The position numbers were made by a program, and so were the translations under genes. DNA of 64,000 nucleotides from Nitrososphaeraceae archaeon (GTDB lineage Archaea; Thermoproteota; Nitrososphaeria; Nitrososphaerales; Nitrososphaeraceae). The stretch covers positions 1-64,000 of the forward strand of contig DATFEP010000025.1 in assembly GCA_035250975.1 (NCBI GenBank), in the 5' to 3' direction. This document shows positions 9,668-18,530 of this stretch, piece after piece (position 1 is the stretch's first letter; the number at the start of each line of letters is the position of its first letter). The notes under the pieces are model-generated. The model worked only from the letters and a program-made list of their open reading frames with translations. It did no database searches and was not told the origin of the DNA.

Positions 9668-10741
9668 TCATATTTTTCTGCTAACTTTTTTTGGATCATG
9701 TAATACATAATGTCTTCCAGACACTGAATTAAATCTTCCAGCGAGTACTTCTGCCTCATCTACACTTAACGTATCTCTGAACCGCATTACATTATAATGA
9801 ATTTTTCTCATTGCAATATATGCAATGCCAACGTCTCTTTTCATTATTTTATGTGTTGCAGAGATATCATTATAATCAAATTTTTGCAATGCTCTGAACT
9901 TTTTCCAATATGTTGTTGGAATGATTGTTGCTAATGCCTTTTTATTTCCTCTTGTCCAACCTATTGCTATTATTGTTAATCCATTTCTACAGTCAACTTT
10001 ATGAAGGCTATCACAATCACAACCATAACCATTGTCACAGATCTTTTTTTCTTTAATGTAAATTATCTCTCGTTCTCTTAGACCACATAATAAACCGAAT
10101 CTAGCTATAAAACCAATATCGCCAGGCATTTCAAAAATCCTTTTTACCTTTTCTTCAATAAAATTAGGACTTACAAGATAGATCTTATCTTTCATATCAA
10201 GATTTTTGTGTAGATCATACCTTTCAATAATTTGTCTTATTAATTGAATTACTTCTCTGTTGTTATATTTTCTAAGATAAAAATCACCAAATCTTTTTAC
10301 TGCTTGTAATATCCAAGATCTTTTATGAGGTTTTAGTTTGAACAATTCTACATCTGGATTTAAACTAAAAAATACATGGGCATATCGTTCAAAATAGCTA
10401 AGATAACATTTTGCAGTATGTTCATGATATTTACTTTTTAAATAGTTTAAAAAATCTTCAATATCAATTTGTTTGTAAAAATCATAAGGCTTGCCCGCTA
10501 GACCAGTAATTTGACCATTTGCTTGAAGGTTAGTTTTCATAATATCTATTTGTTGTTCATCTGTCAATCGTGTAATTTTTCCGGCAATAAGATCTTTAAC
10601 TAAATCACCTAATGTTGTATAACCAAGTCTATCTAGTTGTCTGTTTAAGTTAGATAATTCTGAGAATCTTACTTTTACACCTATAGTCTTCCATTCAGAC
10701 TTGATAATTTGTAAATCTTTGAAATTTATTTTGTTTGACAA
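9668..10741 (-). CDS. Tyrosine recombinase/integrase (SSV1-like catalytic domain) with N-terminal ribbon-helix-helix-like domain
   Basis: GLREREII (Arg), RGNKK (Lys), MRKIHY, LAGR..VSGRHY (Tyr); N-terminus KTIGVKV-helix-GYTTLGDLVKDLI; next to a tRNA. Confidence 0.8.
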   Translation of the reverse strand: MSNKINFKDLQIIKSEWKTIGVKVRFSELSNLNRQLDRLGYTTLGDLVKDLIAGKITRLTDEQQIDIMKTNLQANGQITGLAGKPYDFYKQIDIEDFLNYLKSKYHEHTAKCYLSYFERYAHVFFSLNPDVELFKLKPHKRSWILQAVKRFGDFYLRKYNNREVIQLIRQIIERYDLHKNLDMKDKIYLVSPNFIEEKVKRIFEMPGDIGFIARFGLLCGLREREIIYIKEKKICDNGYGCDCDSLHKVDCRNGLTIIAIGWTRGNKKALATIIPTTYWKKFRALQKFDYNDISATHKIMKRDVGIAYIAMRKIHYNVMRFRDTLSVDEAEVLAGRFNSVSGRHYVLHDPKKVSRKI

Positions 10742-10805
10742 CGATAATCTTGTTATTGTTGTTATCTATATTAAAATCTATATTTTAATATATATTTAAA
10801 TTTAT

Positions 10806-10994
10806 ATGTTAAAGAGATATGATAATAATATGTCTGCAATCTTTGAGGGAAAACTTGTCAAATGGGGTACATCAGTAGGAATAGCTATTCCAAAACCAAT
10901 TAGAGATGGAATGAAATTAAATGCTGGTGATAAAATTAGATTAATTTTGAATGAAAATAAATTATGTATAGAAAAAATAGAAAAAGAAGTCTGA
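10806..10994 (+). CDS. AbrB/MazE/SpoVT-family DNA-binding protein
   Basis: KLVKWGTSVGIAIPKPIRDGMKLNAGDKI swapped-hairpin signature. Confidence 0.88.
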   Translation: MLKRYDNNMSAIFEGKLVKWGTSVGIAIPKPIRDGMKLNAGDKIRLILNENKLCIEKIEKEV

Positions 10995-11025
10995 TTTCAT
11001 TTATTAACTAATTATCAATTACTTT

Positions 11026-11175
11026 ATGTTAACATGAAAAATATCCATGTTACCATACTCTTTGGAATGTTAACATTTTTGCAACTTTTTTAATAGCTAA
11101 ATATTAATTATGTTAACAAAAATGTTACCATAAATTGTAATTTAGCAATAATTAGATTAAAAAATTTGTTAACAT
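11026..11175. repeat. Six copies of near-palindromic ATGTTA(A/C)CAT
   Basis: Copies start at 11026, 11047, 11067, 11110, 11122, 11166. Confidence 0.8.
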
Positions 11176-11225
11176 CCTTCATTTTTGAGAACAAAATCTA
11201 TCGAAACCTTTCAATTCAAGAGCGA

Positions 11226-11298
11226 TGGACTGGGCGGGATTTGAACCCGCGACCTTTCGGATGCGAACCGAACATTACTACCACTGAACTACCAGCCC
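11226..11298 (-). tRNA. tRNA-Ala(CGC)
   Basis: GGGCTGG/CCAGTCC acceptor stem with G3:U70, A73, anticodon arm TTCGG-TTCGCAT-CCGAA, T-loop TTCAAAT. Confidence 0.95.
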
Positions 11299-11516
11299 TT
11301 GGGTTCCTTATTAATTTTTAAAGAATAATAAGTATTACCAGAGCTAAATATAGTTTAAATAAAAGTTCAATTTTATTTTATTTCGCAAAAAACAGAAAAT
11401 AGATATATATATAATAAAAAAATATTTCTATTTTTTTTATAAAATGATTATGGAAAATAAATTCCTTTTATTTATTATATCTTGATACTGGGATTTCTTC
11501 AATAATAAAATCTGGG

Positions 11517-11530
11517 AAAAACATTATATA
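11517..11530 (+). promoter_or_regulatory. Putative BRE/TATA box of nirK
   Basis: aaaaacattatata ending ~24 nt before the ATG at 11554. Confidence 0.5.
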
Positions 11531-11553
11531 GGAATAATTGAACTTGTCAAACA

Positions 11554-13155
11554 ATGAAACTACTCTTAACCGGGATACTGATGGGTGTTCTAGTAGCTGG
11601 GCTTTTCATAGGCCCAATGTCTATTGGGATACCATTAGTTCAAAAAGTGATGGCTCAGGAAGAGGATGAGGATCAAGGACCAGTAAAACAAGTATTATTG
11701 ATTGCAAATGAACATCCACTAAAAATTGCTCCAGATAACATATTACATCCAGGCGGAATTGAATATGCCGCAATGACGTTCAACGGAACAATTCCAGCAC
11801 CAATGATTGCTGGTGATGTAGGAGATGTTCTAAATATTACTATTAGAAATGACGGTAAAGTTATACATAGTCTAGACTTTCATGCAGGAATAGGACCAAG
11901 CAACGTTTTGTCAGGAAATATTCAACCAGGTCAATCTAAACATGTAACCCTACATGCCAATACTCCAGGTGCATTCATGTACCATTGTGGTGCTGATGCA
12001 TTGAATGGTGTGTGGGAACACATTGCTAATGGAATGTACGGTGCTGTAGTAATACATCCAGAGGAAGAAGAGCCAGCGAAAGAATTCTATGTATCATTTG
12101 GTGAAAACTATAATTCCGCAGATCAAGGTTTATTTAAGGGAACTGGTGGAAAAGTTGGGACTTTTGACATTGGTAAATTTGCTACTGAACAACCAGACCT
12201 TATATTGACAAACGGAATGGCTCACAAATATGTACCAAGTGTAGGTGAAACAGCAAAAATAGTACTTAACGAAAATCCTGAAATATTTAAAGTCACACCA
12301 GGAGATCTAACTAGATGGTATATTTTGAATCCAGGTCCAAATGGGGGCGTAGCTTTCCACTTTATAGCAGGTCAGATGACTGTAAGAGATGGTCAAAATG
12401 AAGCAGGTGATAACTATGGAACACAAGATATAATGGATGAAACATGGTGGGTACCTCCAGGTTCTGCATCTGTATTTGAGGCAACATTCCCAGAAGCAGG
12501 TACTTATGTAGCTGTTGACCACAACATGAATCATGTAGTAAGAGGGGCTGCATTTGCAGTAGTAGCAGATGCCAATTCAACAGAGACCGATCATCCAGTT
12601 GGAACAGCAGTTGCTCCACAGGGAAGTGAGAGTGCAGTTGCATCGTGGAATCAACCATACGTAATGAAAGAAGCAGCGAAACTTACACAAGCTAGTACAA
12701 CTTCCGAAGCAGCTACAGCAGCTAATGCAACCACAGCAGCTATACAAAATGCTACACTAGTCCCAGAAGCATTTGCACAGGATATGATGGGAAACGAGAC
12801 TGGTATGATGGGAAATGATACTACTATGATGATGAATGCAACACTTGCATTTGCACAAGAAGAAGCAAAACAAGTAATATCCATCGTACAAGGTTCTTCT
12901 AACCCAAGCAATGCAGAATTCTTTTCTCCGACTACCGTAACGGTAAGTCCGGGAACAGAAGTGGAATGGACGAATGATGACGCAACTATTCATACTGTCG
13001 TACAAGGTAGCGCTGAGGCTCCAGTAGAAGGAGGATTTGATTCTTCAATCATAAATGCAGGAGACTCTTGGGAACACACATTTGACACTGCAGGCACATT
13101 TGACTACTACTGTAATCTACATCCCTTCATGAAGGGTACGGTAACAGTAGCCTAA
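11554..13155 (+). CDS. nirK: Copper-containing nitrite reductase with fused C-terminal cupredoxin (plastocyanin-like) domain
   Basis: Signal peptide; HSLDFH, YHC..EHIANGM, FHFIAG, VDHNMNH copper/catalytic motifs; C-terminal WTNDDATIHTV..YYCNLHPFMKG type-1 Cu site. Confidence 0.92.
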   Translation: MKLLLTGILMGVLVAGLFIGPMSIGIPLVQKVMAQEEDEDQGPVKQVLLIANEHPLKIAPDNILHPGGIEYAAMTFNGTIPAPMIAGDVGDVLNITIRNDGKVIHSLDFHAGIGPSNVLSGNIQPGQSKHVTLHANTPGAFMYHCGADALNGVWEHIANGMYGAVVIHPEEEEPAKEFYVSFGENYNSADQGLFKGTGGKVGTFDIGKFATEQPDLILTNGMAHKYVPSVGETAKIVLNENPEIFKVTPGDLTRWYILNPGPNGGVAFHFIAGQMTVRDGQNEAGDNYGTQDIMDETWWVPPGSASVFEATFPEAGTYVAVDHNMNHVVRGAAFAVVADANSTETDHPVGTAVAPQGSESAVASWNQPYVMKEAAKLTQASTTSEAATAANATTAAIQNATLVPEAFAQDMMGNETGMMGNDTTMMMNATLAFAQEEAKQVISIVQGSSNPSNAEFFSPTTVTVSPGTEVEWTNDDATIHTVVQGSAEAPVEGGFDSSIINAGDSWEHTFDTAGTFDYYCNLHPFMKGTVTVA

Positions 13156-13173
13156 CTCTTTTTTCTTTTTTTT
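13156..13173 (+). terminator. Oligo-T terminator after nirK
   Basis: ctcttttttctttttttt immediately after the stop codon. Confidence 0.55.
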
Positions 13174-13346
13174 AAAATAAATAACGTTTTTTGAAAATCA
13201 CCTGCATTTTATATCTGAGTAAATTTTCTATTTACTAATATTTAAAAAGCTAAAAAATTTAGTTTTATTTCGTATCGCACTTTCAATGATATGTGATAGT
13301 AAGATAATTATTGTTATTTGAATCTCATGCATTTCATAGATACTAA

Positions 13347-14849
13347 ATGCAAAATTCTTGTGATCTAGTGATAAAAAATGGGAATGTTGTTATACCAAAA
13401 GTTGGGATTATTCAAACAAATATACTTATTGAGAATGGAAAGATAAAGAATCTTTCAAAAAATATTGACGATATTTCTAGTGACAAAATTCTGGACGCAT
13501 CAAAGAAATTCATACTTCCAGGATTGATAGACCCTCATGTCCATTACGGGGTTTACACGCCTATTGAAAATGCTGCAACAACAGAGTCAAGGTCAGCAGC
13601 AATAGGTGGAATTACTACAGTTATCAGGATGCTTAGATTAGATTCGCAATATCGAGAGAGCATATCAGAACAGTTAGAGGCGAGTGCTAAAAGTCACTAC
13701 ATAGATTATACAGTACATCCCTCGATTCTAATGACCGATCATCTTGATGATGTCTCGTATCTGTACAAAAAAGTTGGAATAAATTCCTTTAAATTATATA
13801 TGAATTTGGGGTCAGGTCTTAATCATATTCACATGGATTTAAATCCTAACGAGGAAAATGTTAGAAGTGGACACGTAAATATAACAGACGAATTTCTTGA
13901 AAAGATCGTGAAAACTACAACACATGATTTCAATGGGACTTTATTGGTGCATGCAGAAGACCCACAGATATGTTATAATTTGATAAAAAACAATATAGTC
14001 AATAAAAAACAGCAGGGTAGGAAGAAGAAGAAGGAAACAAAAAATTATACTAACAAGACTAATGAAAATATAACCAGTATAAAAGAAAATAAAAAACCAA
14101 ATCTTCTTGAGATCTGGTCTAAATGTAGACCTTATGAATCTGAGGTAAAGAGCATAAAAAAGATATCAAGCCTTGCTAGGAAATATAAATCGAACATATA
14201 TTTTGTTCATATTGGTTCCAGTACTGCAATCGATGCTATACTAGAGGAAAGAGAGTTGGGTGGTTGTAATCTTTACATGGAAACCTGTCCTCACTATTTA
14301 ACACATAGTTATGAATATGCCAATTTAAGGGGAAAGGTTGTACCGCCACTAAGATCCAAACATGATGTTCAAAGTGTATGGTATGCATTAAGAAATGGAA
14401 TTATAGACACAATAGGAACCGATCATGTTGCAAACAGATTATCACTAAAAATCGTTGATGATGACTTGTTAAACTCGCTGGCAGGTTTCCCGGGACTTGC
14501 TACAATGCTTCCTGTATTGTTAAGTGAAGGTGTAAATAAGGGAAGGATTAATTTGGAAAGGGTTTGTGAAGTCACAAGCTATAATACCTCAAGAATCTTC
14601 AATATTTTTCCACAGAAAGGGTCAATTCAAGCAGGCTCTGATGCTGACCTTGTGATAGTTGATCTGGATCTAAGGAAGAAGGTTACTCCTGAACTGTTGC
14701 AGTCATACTCTGACTATACAATATATGATGGATGGGAATTTCAAGGATGGCCAGTAGCCACAATATGTAGGGGAAAAGTTATTGCAGAAAATTCTGTCGT
14801 GAATGATGACTGTCATGGACATGGAAAGTTCATAGCGCGTTTTATGTGA
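13347..14849 (+). CDS. Cyclic amidohydrolase (dihydroorotase/allantoinase/dihydropyrimidinase family)
   Basis: PGLIDPHVH, SAAIGGITT, VHAED, ETCPHYL, IGTDH, GSDADLVI. Confidence 0.88.
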   Translation: MQNSCDLVIKNGNVVIPKVGIIQTNILIENGKIKNLSKNIDDISSDKILDASKKFILPGLIDPHVHYGVYTPIENAATTESRSAAIGGITTVIRMLRLDSQYRESISEQLEASAKSHYIDYTVHPSILMTDHLDDVSYLYKKVGINSFKLYMNLGSGLNHIHMDLNPNEENVRSGHVNITDEFLEKIVKTTTHDFNGTLLVHAEDPQICYNLIKNNIVNKKQQGRKKKKETKNYTNKTNENITSIKENKKPNLLEIWSKCRPYESEVKSIKKISSLARKYKSNIYFVHIGSSTAIDAILEERELGGCNLYMETCPHYLTHSYEYANLRGKVVPPLRSKHDVQSVWYALRNGIIDTIGTDHVANRLSLKIVDDDLLNSLAGFPGLATMLPVLLSEGVNKGRINLERVCEVTSYNTSRIFNIFPQKGSIQAGSDADLVIVDLDLRKKVTPELLQSYSDYTIYDGWEFQGWPVATICRGKVIAENSVVNDDCHGHGKFIARFM

Positions 14850-14948
14850 CTAGCTGGTGGTAAATTCTTTCAATAATTTCTTTTAATTGTTTACTAATTT
14901 GATATTCAATTTTTTTACTGTATTTCATGCGAACACATTTATTCTGGT

Positions 14949-15833
14949 TCAACTTGTTCTGGTAGAAAAAGATCCATCAGAGTTTACACAGTAATAAGTA
15001 GTATTTTTAGTACTAGAAAATATTCCGACCTCAATCACTCCTGGGATGCTCTTAATTTTATTTTCAAGTGCTGCAATATCGTATTTTTTCATCAAATTTT
15101 TAAATTCTGTGTCAAGGATAAAGTTTCCATTTTCTGTGATGAATGGATATCCTTTTTTCAAAAACCTTATTTTGGGATACCCACCAATCTCGTCAAGTTT
15201 TTTTGTAACCTCAACCCTGCCAAAAGGATGAACCTCTATTGGTATTGGTAAGGAAAAAGTGGGAACAAATTTCTGTGAATCTGCAAGTATTACCTTTTGC
15301 TTTGCTGAATACATTAGTATCTTTTCTTTAAACAATGCTCCACCTCCACCCTTTATCATATTTAGTTTTTCATCTATTTGATCTGCGCCATCAATTACAA
15401 GGTCTATTTCATTGATTCTCGATTCGTCTAAAAATCTTAAACCGCATTGTTCCGCAACCATTTTTATTTGATAGGAAGTGGGTATCCATCCAAATTTCTC
15501 TTTTCCATCAAGTTCTGCAATCCTTTCAACAAGTAACGCTACCGTACTCCCACTTCCTAAACCAATGACTACATCTTCTTTATCGTTATCATCAACACTT
15601 TCGTAATTGTCTTTTTCTTTCGATTTGAGATATTCATTTCGTTTTATAAAATTGATGAAAAACTTTTCAATGATGTCATCTAGCGCTAAATTATAGTAAC
15701 TATTTCTGATATTGGTTTCCTCCGTTCGATTGCTGTTTAAACGGTTAATATCGTTACCAGAATTGTCAATATTAGTATACATATCACCATCTTTATCGTT
15801 ATCCTTTTTAATTTGTTCATAACTATCTTTCAA
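14949..15833 (-). CDS. rpiA: Ribose-5-phosphate isomerase A
   Basis: GLGSGST, DGADQID, IKGGGGALFKEK, TENGNFILD, IPGVIEVGIF. Confidence 0.95.
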   Translation of the reverse strand: MKDSYEQIKKDNDKDGDMYTNIDNSGNDINRLNSNRTEETNIRNSYYNLALDDIIEKFFINFIKRNEYLKSKEKDNYESVDDNDKEDVVIGLGSGSTVALLVERIAELDGKEKFGWIPTSYQIKMVAEQCGLRFLDESRINEIDLVIDGADQIDEKLNMIKGGGGALFKEKILMYSAKQKVILADSQKFVPTFSLPIPIEVHPFGRVEVTKKLDEIGGYPKIRFLKKGYPFITENGNFILDTEFKNLMKKYDIAALENKIKSIPGVIEVGIFSSTKNTTYYCVNSDGSFSTRTS

Positions 15834-15971
15834 TATCTTTAAGATTCGCTAAATTGCTATTAGATATATAACGTTTTATCGACTATCCATATATTTTGAT
15901 TTAAGTCGTTTAATAGTCAAAATAATCGAATTCTTTTAATAAGTAACATTTTCATACTAATTTGTAACGCA

Positions 15972-16385
15972 ATGTTCAGTAAAATCGGATCTGTTATTTT
16001 ATTGGTGGAAGACATGGAACGTTCTTTTGAATTCTATTCTAAAGTACTGGGGTTAAAAACAAAGACAAAGTCCCCCGATTGGATCGAGTTTTTCGATAAA
16101 GGAACTACTCTTGCTCTGCATCCAAGAAAAAGAAAGCTGGAAAAGGAAAATTATCAATATTCTAATATTAATATCTTGGTCGGATTTATGGTAGGTGACC
16201 TAGACAATCTGGTATCGGATCTTCGTACAAAAAACATCAGCTTTTTTAAAGAACCTAAACAAGAACCATTTGGTAAACATACCATAATAACTGATCCTGA
16301 TGGATATTTGATTTCTATTGCTGAAATAACATCTAAAGAAACAACCGAAGAATTTGACTTGATAGGTTTCTTAGGTGCAGAATAA
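15972..16385 (+). CDS. VOC/glyoxalase family protein
   Basis: LLVEDMERSFEFYSKVLG, EPFGK..ITDPDGYLI. Confidence 0.88.
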   Translation: MFSKIGSVILLVEDMERSFEFYSKVLGLKTKTKSPDWIEFFDKGTTLALHPRKRKLEKENYQYSNINILVGFMVGDLDNLVSDLRTKNISFFKEPKQEPFGKHTIITDPDGYLISIAEITSKETTEEFDLIGFLGAE

Positions 16386-16540
16386 TAAATAATAAATAAT
16401 AAGTAGATCACTCTTTTTCTATTTAGCCTAATACGATATTTACTAGTTATCTAATTTTTGTGATCTGATATAACAAAAAGTTACACATTATGTTTTCGTT
16501 TCTGTATCTTCTCTTTATCTGACAGACTTTTTTTAGAAAA

Positions 16541-17800
16541 TTACTTTTTATGAAGTATTTTTAATATGTTTCCCAATGGATTTCGGCTTTCTTTTGTCTC
16601 TTTCTCTTTCTGTTTTACTTGTTGATTGGTCTCTTTTTTCAATTCCTTTACACTTTCTGCCTCTTGTGTTGAGAAAAACGACGCTAAAGGAAATCTGTTT
16701 TTGCCACTTTCTTGGCCTCTTTTATAGCCTTCCTTATCCGGTTCATTTGTACTTACCAAGTCAGTTGATACTTTAATATCTTGATTTTTGGCATTTTCAT
16801 ATGTATCCAATAAAACATCTTCATCTTTTTTAGCATCATTTGATCTGTTGACATCAATATTGAACAATCCATAATGCGCTGTTTTTTGTTCATGGATTTC
16901 TTGTCTGTTATTACTATCATTGATCTTGTTATAAGATTCTATGTTATTATCCATTTGATCTTCTATTGGTTTTGTATAGTCAAGCCGATCTAAAGCAACC
17001 ATGACCTTCTCTTTTATTTCCTCAATCCTTTTTTTGTCGTCAGAGTCTTCGATGTTGCTGCCATCATATCTGGTTCTAATTGTTTTATCTGATATGTAAT
17101 CTACTAATTCTCTAGATCCTAAGATACCATCATCGATTCGGTCGTTTGGATATCTTGAATTTTGTGAGGTTTTGTCATTTTCTTTTGTATTAGTTTTGTC
17201 AGCTGAAGTGGTGCTGTAGTTGCTGTTATTTTTCGTGATGTTAAACTGGTTGTTTTCATCGATCTTTATGCCAGTTACAGGTCCAAATTTTTTATTGATC
17301 TCTATTATCTTGTCGTCTATCTGACCGATTTTTGTTTCTAGCAAGTTCATAAAATCGTTTCTGAGGTTGACTAATTTTGTGATATCTATCTCCGATTGCA
17401 TCCTTTCCATGTTTTCATTAAGAGATCTTAATTGATCTTTGTATTTTATAAGCAACCTATCTCTTTCAAAATGATCTATATTGTTCTCTCTAGATGAAAC
17501 CAAAATATTTTCAATAGCGCGTGTAACAAGGTCTTTTTCAAACTGATACAATTTTACCTCATCTTCTAATACCTGTTCGTTCTTTTTCAATATGGTTTGG
17601 CCATCATTAGCATTATTTTCTAATTGTTGTAATTGTTTTTTGTTACCGAAGCTGTTACTACTCTGAGAAAAAATATGAGTAAGGGATCTAGAGGTTCTCA
17701 ATCTTTGTTTTATCTGGCTAAAAAAAATTCCGAAAACAGTTCCAAAAATAATTGATAATCCAGCTATGATTATAAGATATAGATCAACTGCAATTAACAT
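16541..17800 (-). CDS. Membrane-anchored coiled-coil hypothetical protein
   Basis: N-terminal TM helix, heptad region, low-complexity tail; 419-aa ORF. Confidence 0.7.
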   Translation of the reverse strand: MLIAVDLYLIIIAGLSIIFGTVFGIFFSQIKQRLRTSRSLTHIFSQSSNSFGNKKQLQQLENNANDGQTILKKNEQVLEDEVKLYQFEKDLVTRAIENILVSSRENNIDHFERDRLLIKYKDQLRSLNENMERMQSEIDITKLVNLRNDFMNLLETKIGQIDDKIIEINKKFGPVTGIKIDENNQFNITKNNSNYSTTSADKTNTKENDKTSQNSRYPNDRIDDGILGSRELVDYISDKTIRTRYDGSNIEDSDDKKRIEEIKEKVMVALDRLDYTKPIEDQMDNNIESYNKINDSNNRQEIHEQKTAHYGLFNIDVNRSNDAKKDEDVLLDTYENAKNQDIKVSTDLVSTNEPDKEGYKRGQESGKNRFPLASFFSTQEAESVKELKKETNQQVKQKEKETKESRNPLGNILKILHKK

Positions 17801-17922
17801 ACTATCGACACTACTCTTACAGATCTATAATGATATGTTTATTTAAAATAATCCATTCAATATAGCCTATCTGATTTATGTATTTACTAAAATTTATAAT
17901 TAAAAATTATAAAATGAATATA

Positions 17923-18093
17923 TTAAAGAACCTGTCTTTTAATCCAGTTATACTTTCTCATTTTTGGATCAGGATACCCACACTTTGAACATTCTTTTCC
18001 TCGCTTATGAAATGAGTTATGACCGCATCTTCTACATCTAATATGGACTTTCTTTCGGGTATATTTTCCCATTGAAGTTGTTCCTTTTGTCAT
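17923..18093 (-). CDS. rpl37e: 50S ribosomal protein L37e (not in ORF track)
   Basis: Translates to [56 protein letters not shown]; follows Lsm as is typical in archaea. Confidence 0.95.
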   Translation of the reverse strand: MTKGTTSMGKYTRKKVHIRCRRCGHNSFHKRGKECSKCGYPDPKMRKYNWIKRQVL

Positions 18094-18152
18094 TCCTTAA
18101 TTTTACCCCCTTTATTGTGTAAAATATAATTTATAATATTTATACCACTCTA

Positions 18153-18383
18153 TTATGATGGTGGTGGAGAAATAATGACTACATTATCTCCTCTTACAAC
18201 TATAGTACCTAAATCTACCGATTTTCCTTCGTCTAAAATCTCAACGGAGTCATCGAGCAACAAATTCATATGTTGATCGAATCCATGAAGGACCCCTCGA
18301 ATTACCTTTCCTCCCTTTAATTTTATCAATACAATCTTTCCAAAACTTTCATCCAAAACCTTAACGGCCATATCAATTGACAA
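18153..18383 (-). CDS. Sm-like archaeal protein (Lsm)
   Basis: Sm1 GVLHGFDQHMNLLL and Sm2 VVRGDNV motifs. Confidence 0.95.
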   Translation of the reverse strand: MSIDMAVKVLDESFGKIVLIKLKGGKVIRGVLHGFDQHMNLLLDDSVEILDEGKSVDLGTIVVRGDNVVIISPPPS

Positions 18384-18530
18384 TACTAAATCTACCTGTT
18401 ACTAAGGAATGAATCATAGTTATATATTAAAATTTCACTAGGTTGCTTTTTAGTTTAAATCAATCATGAAAACTTATTTTTTTCAAAAATACTGAAATTC
18501 ATAAGTAATATTGTTTATTTTTTCGCCAGA

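Larger units (their letters stand above)
287..11239. mobile_element. Integrated island (probably several tandem or nested elements) at the 3' end of tRNA-Ala(CGC)
   Basis: 38-nt direct repeat at 287-324 and 11202-11239 (33/38 identical, includes the tRNA 3' end); tyrosine integrase gene ~0.5 kb from the tRNA; further internal att-like copies; accessory cargo. Confidence 0.75.

Noticed and set aside
10806-11200. MazEF/VapBC toxin-antitoxin pair
   Set aside because: No toxin ORF follows the AbrB gene; the downstream DNA is the non-coding motif array.
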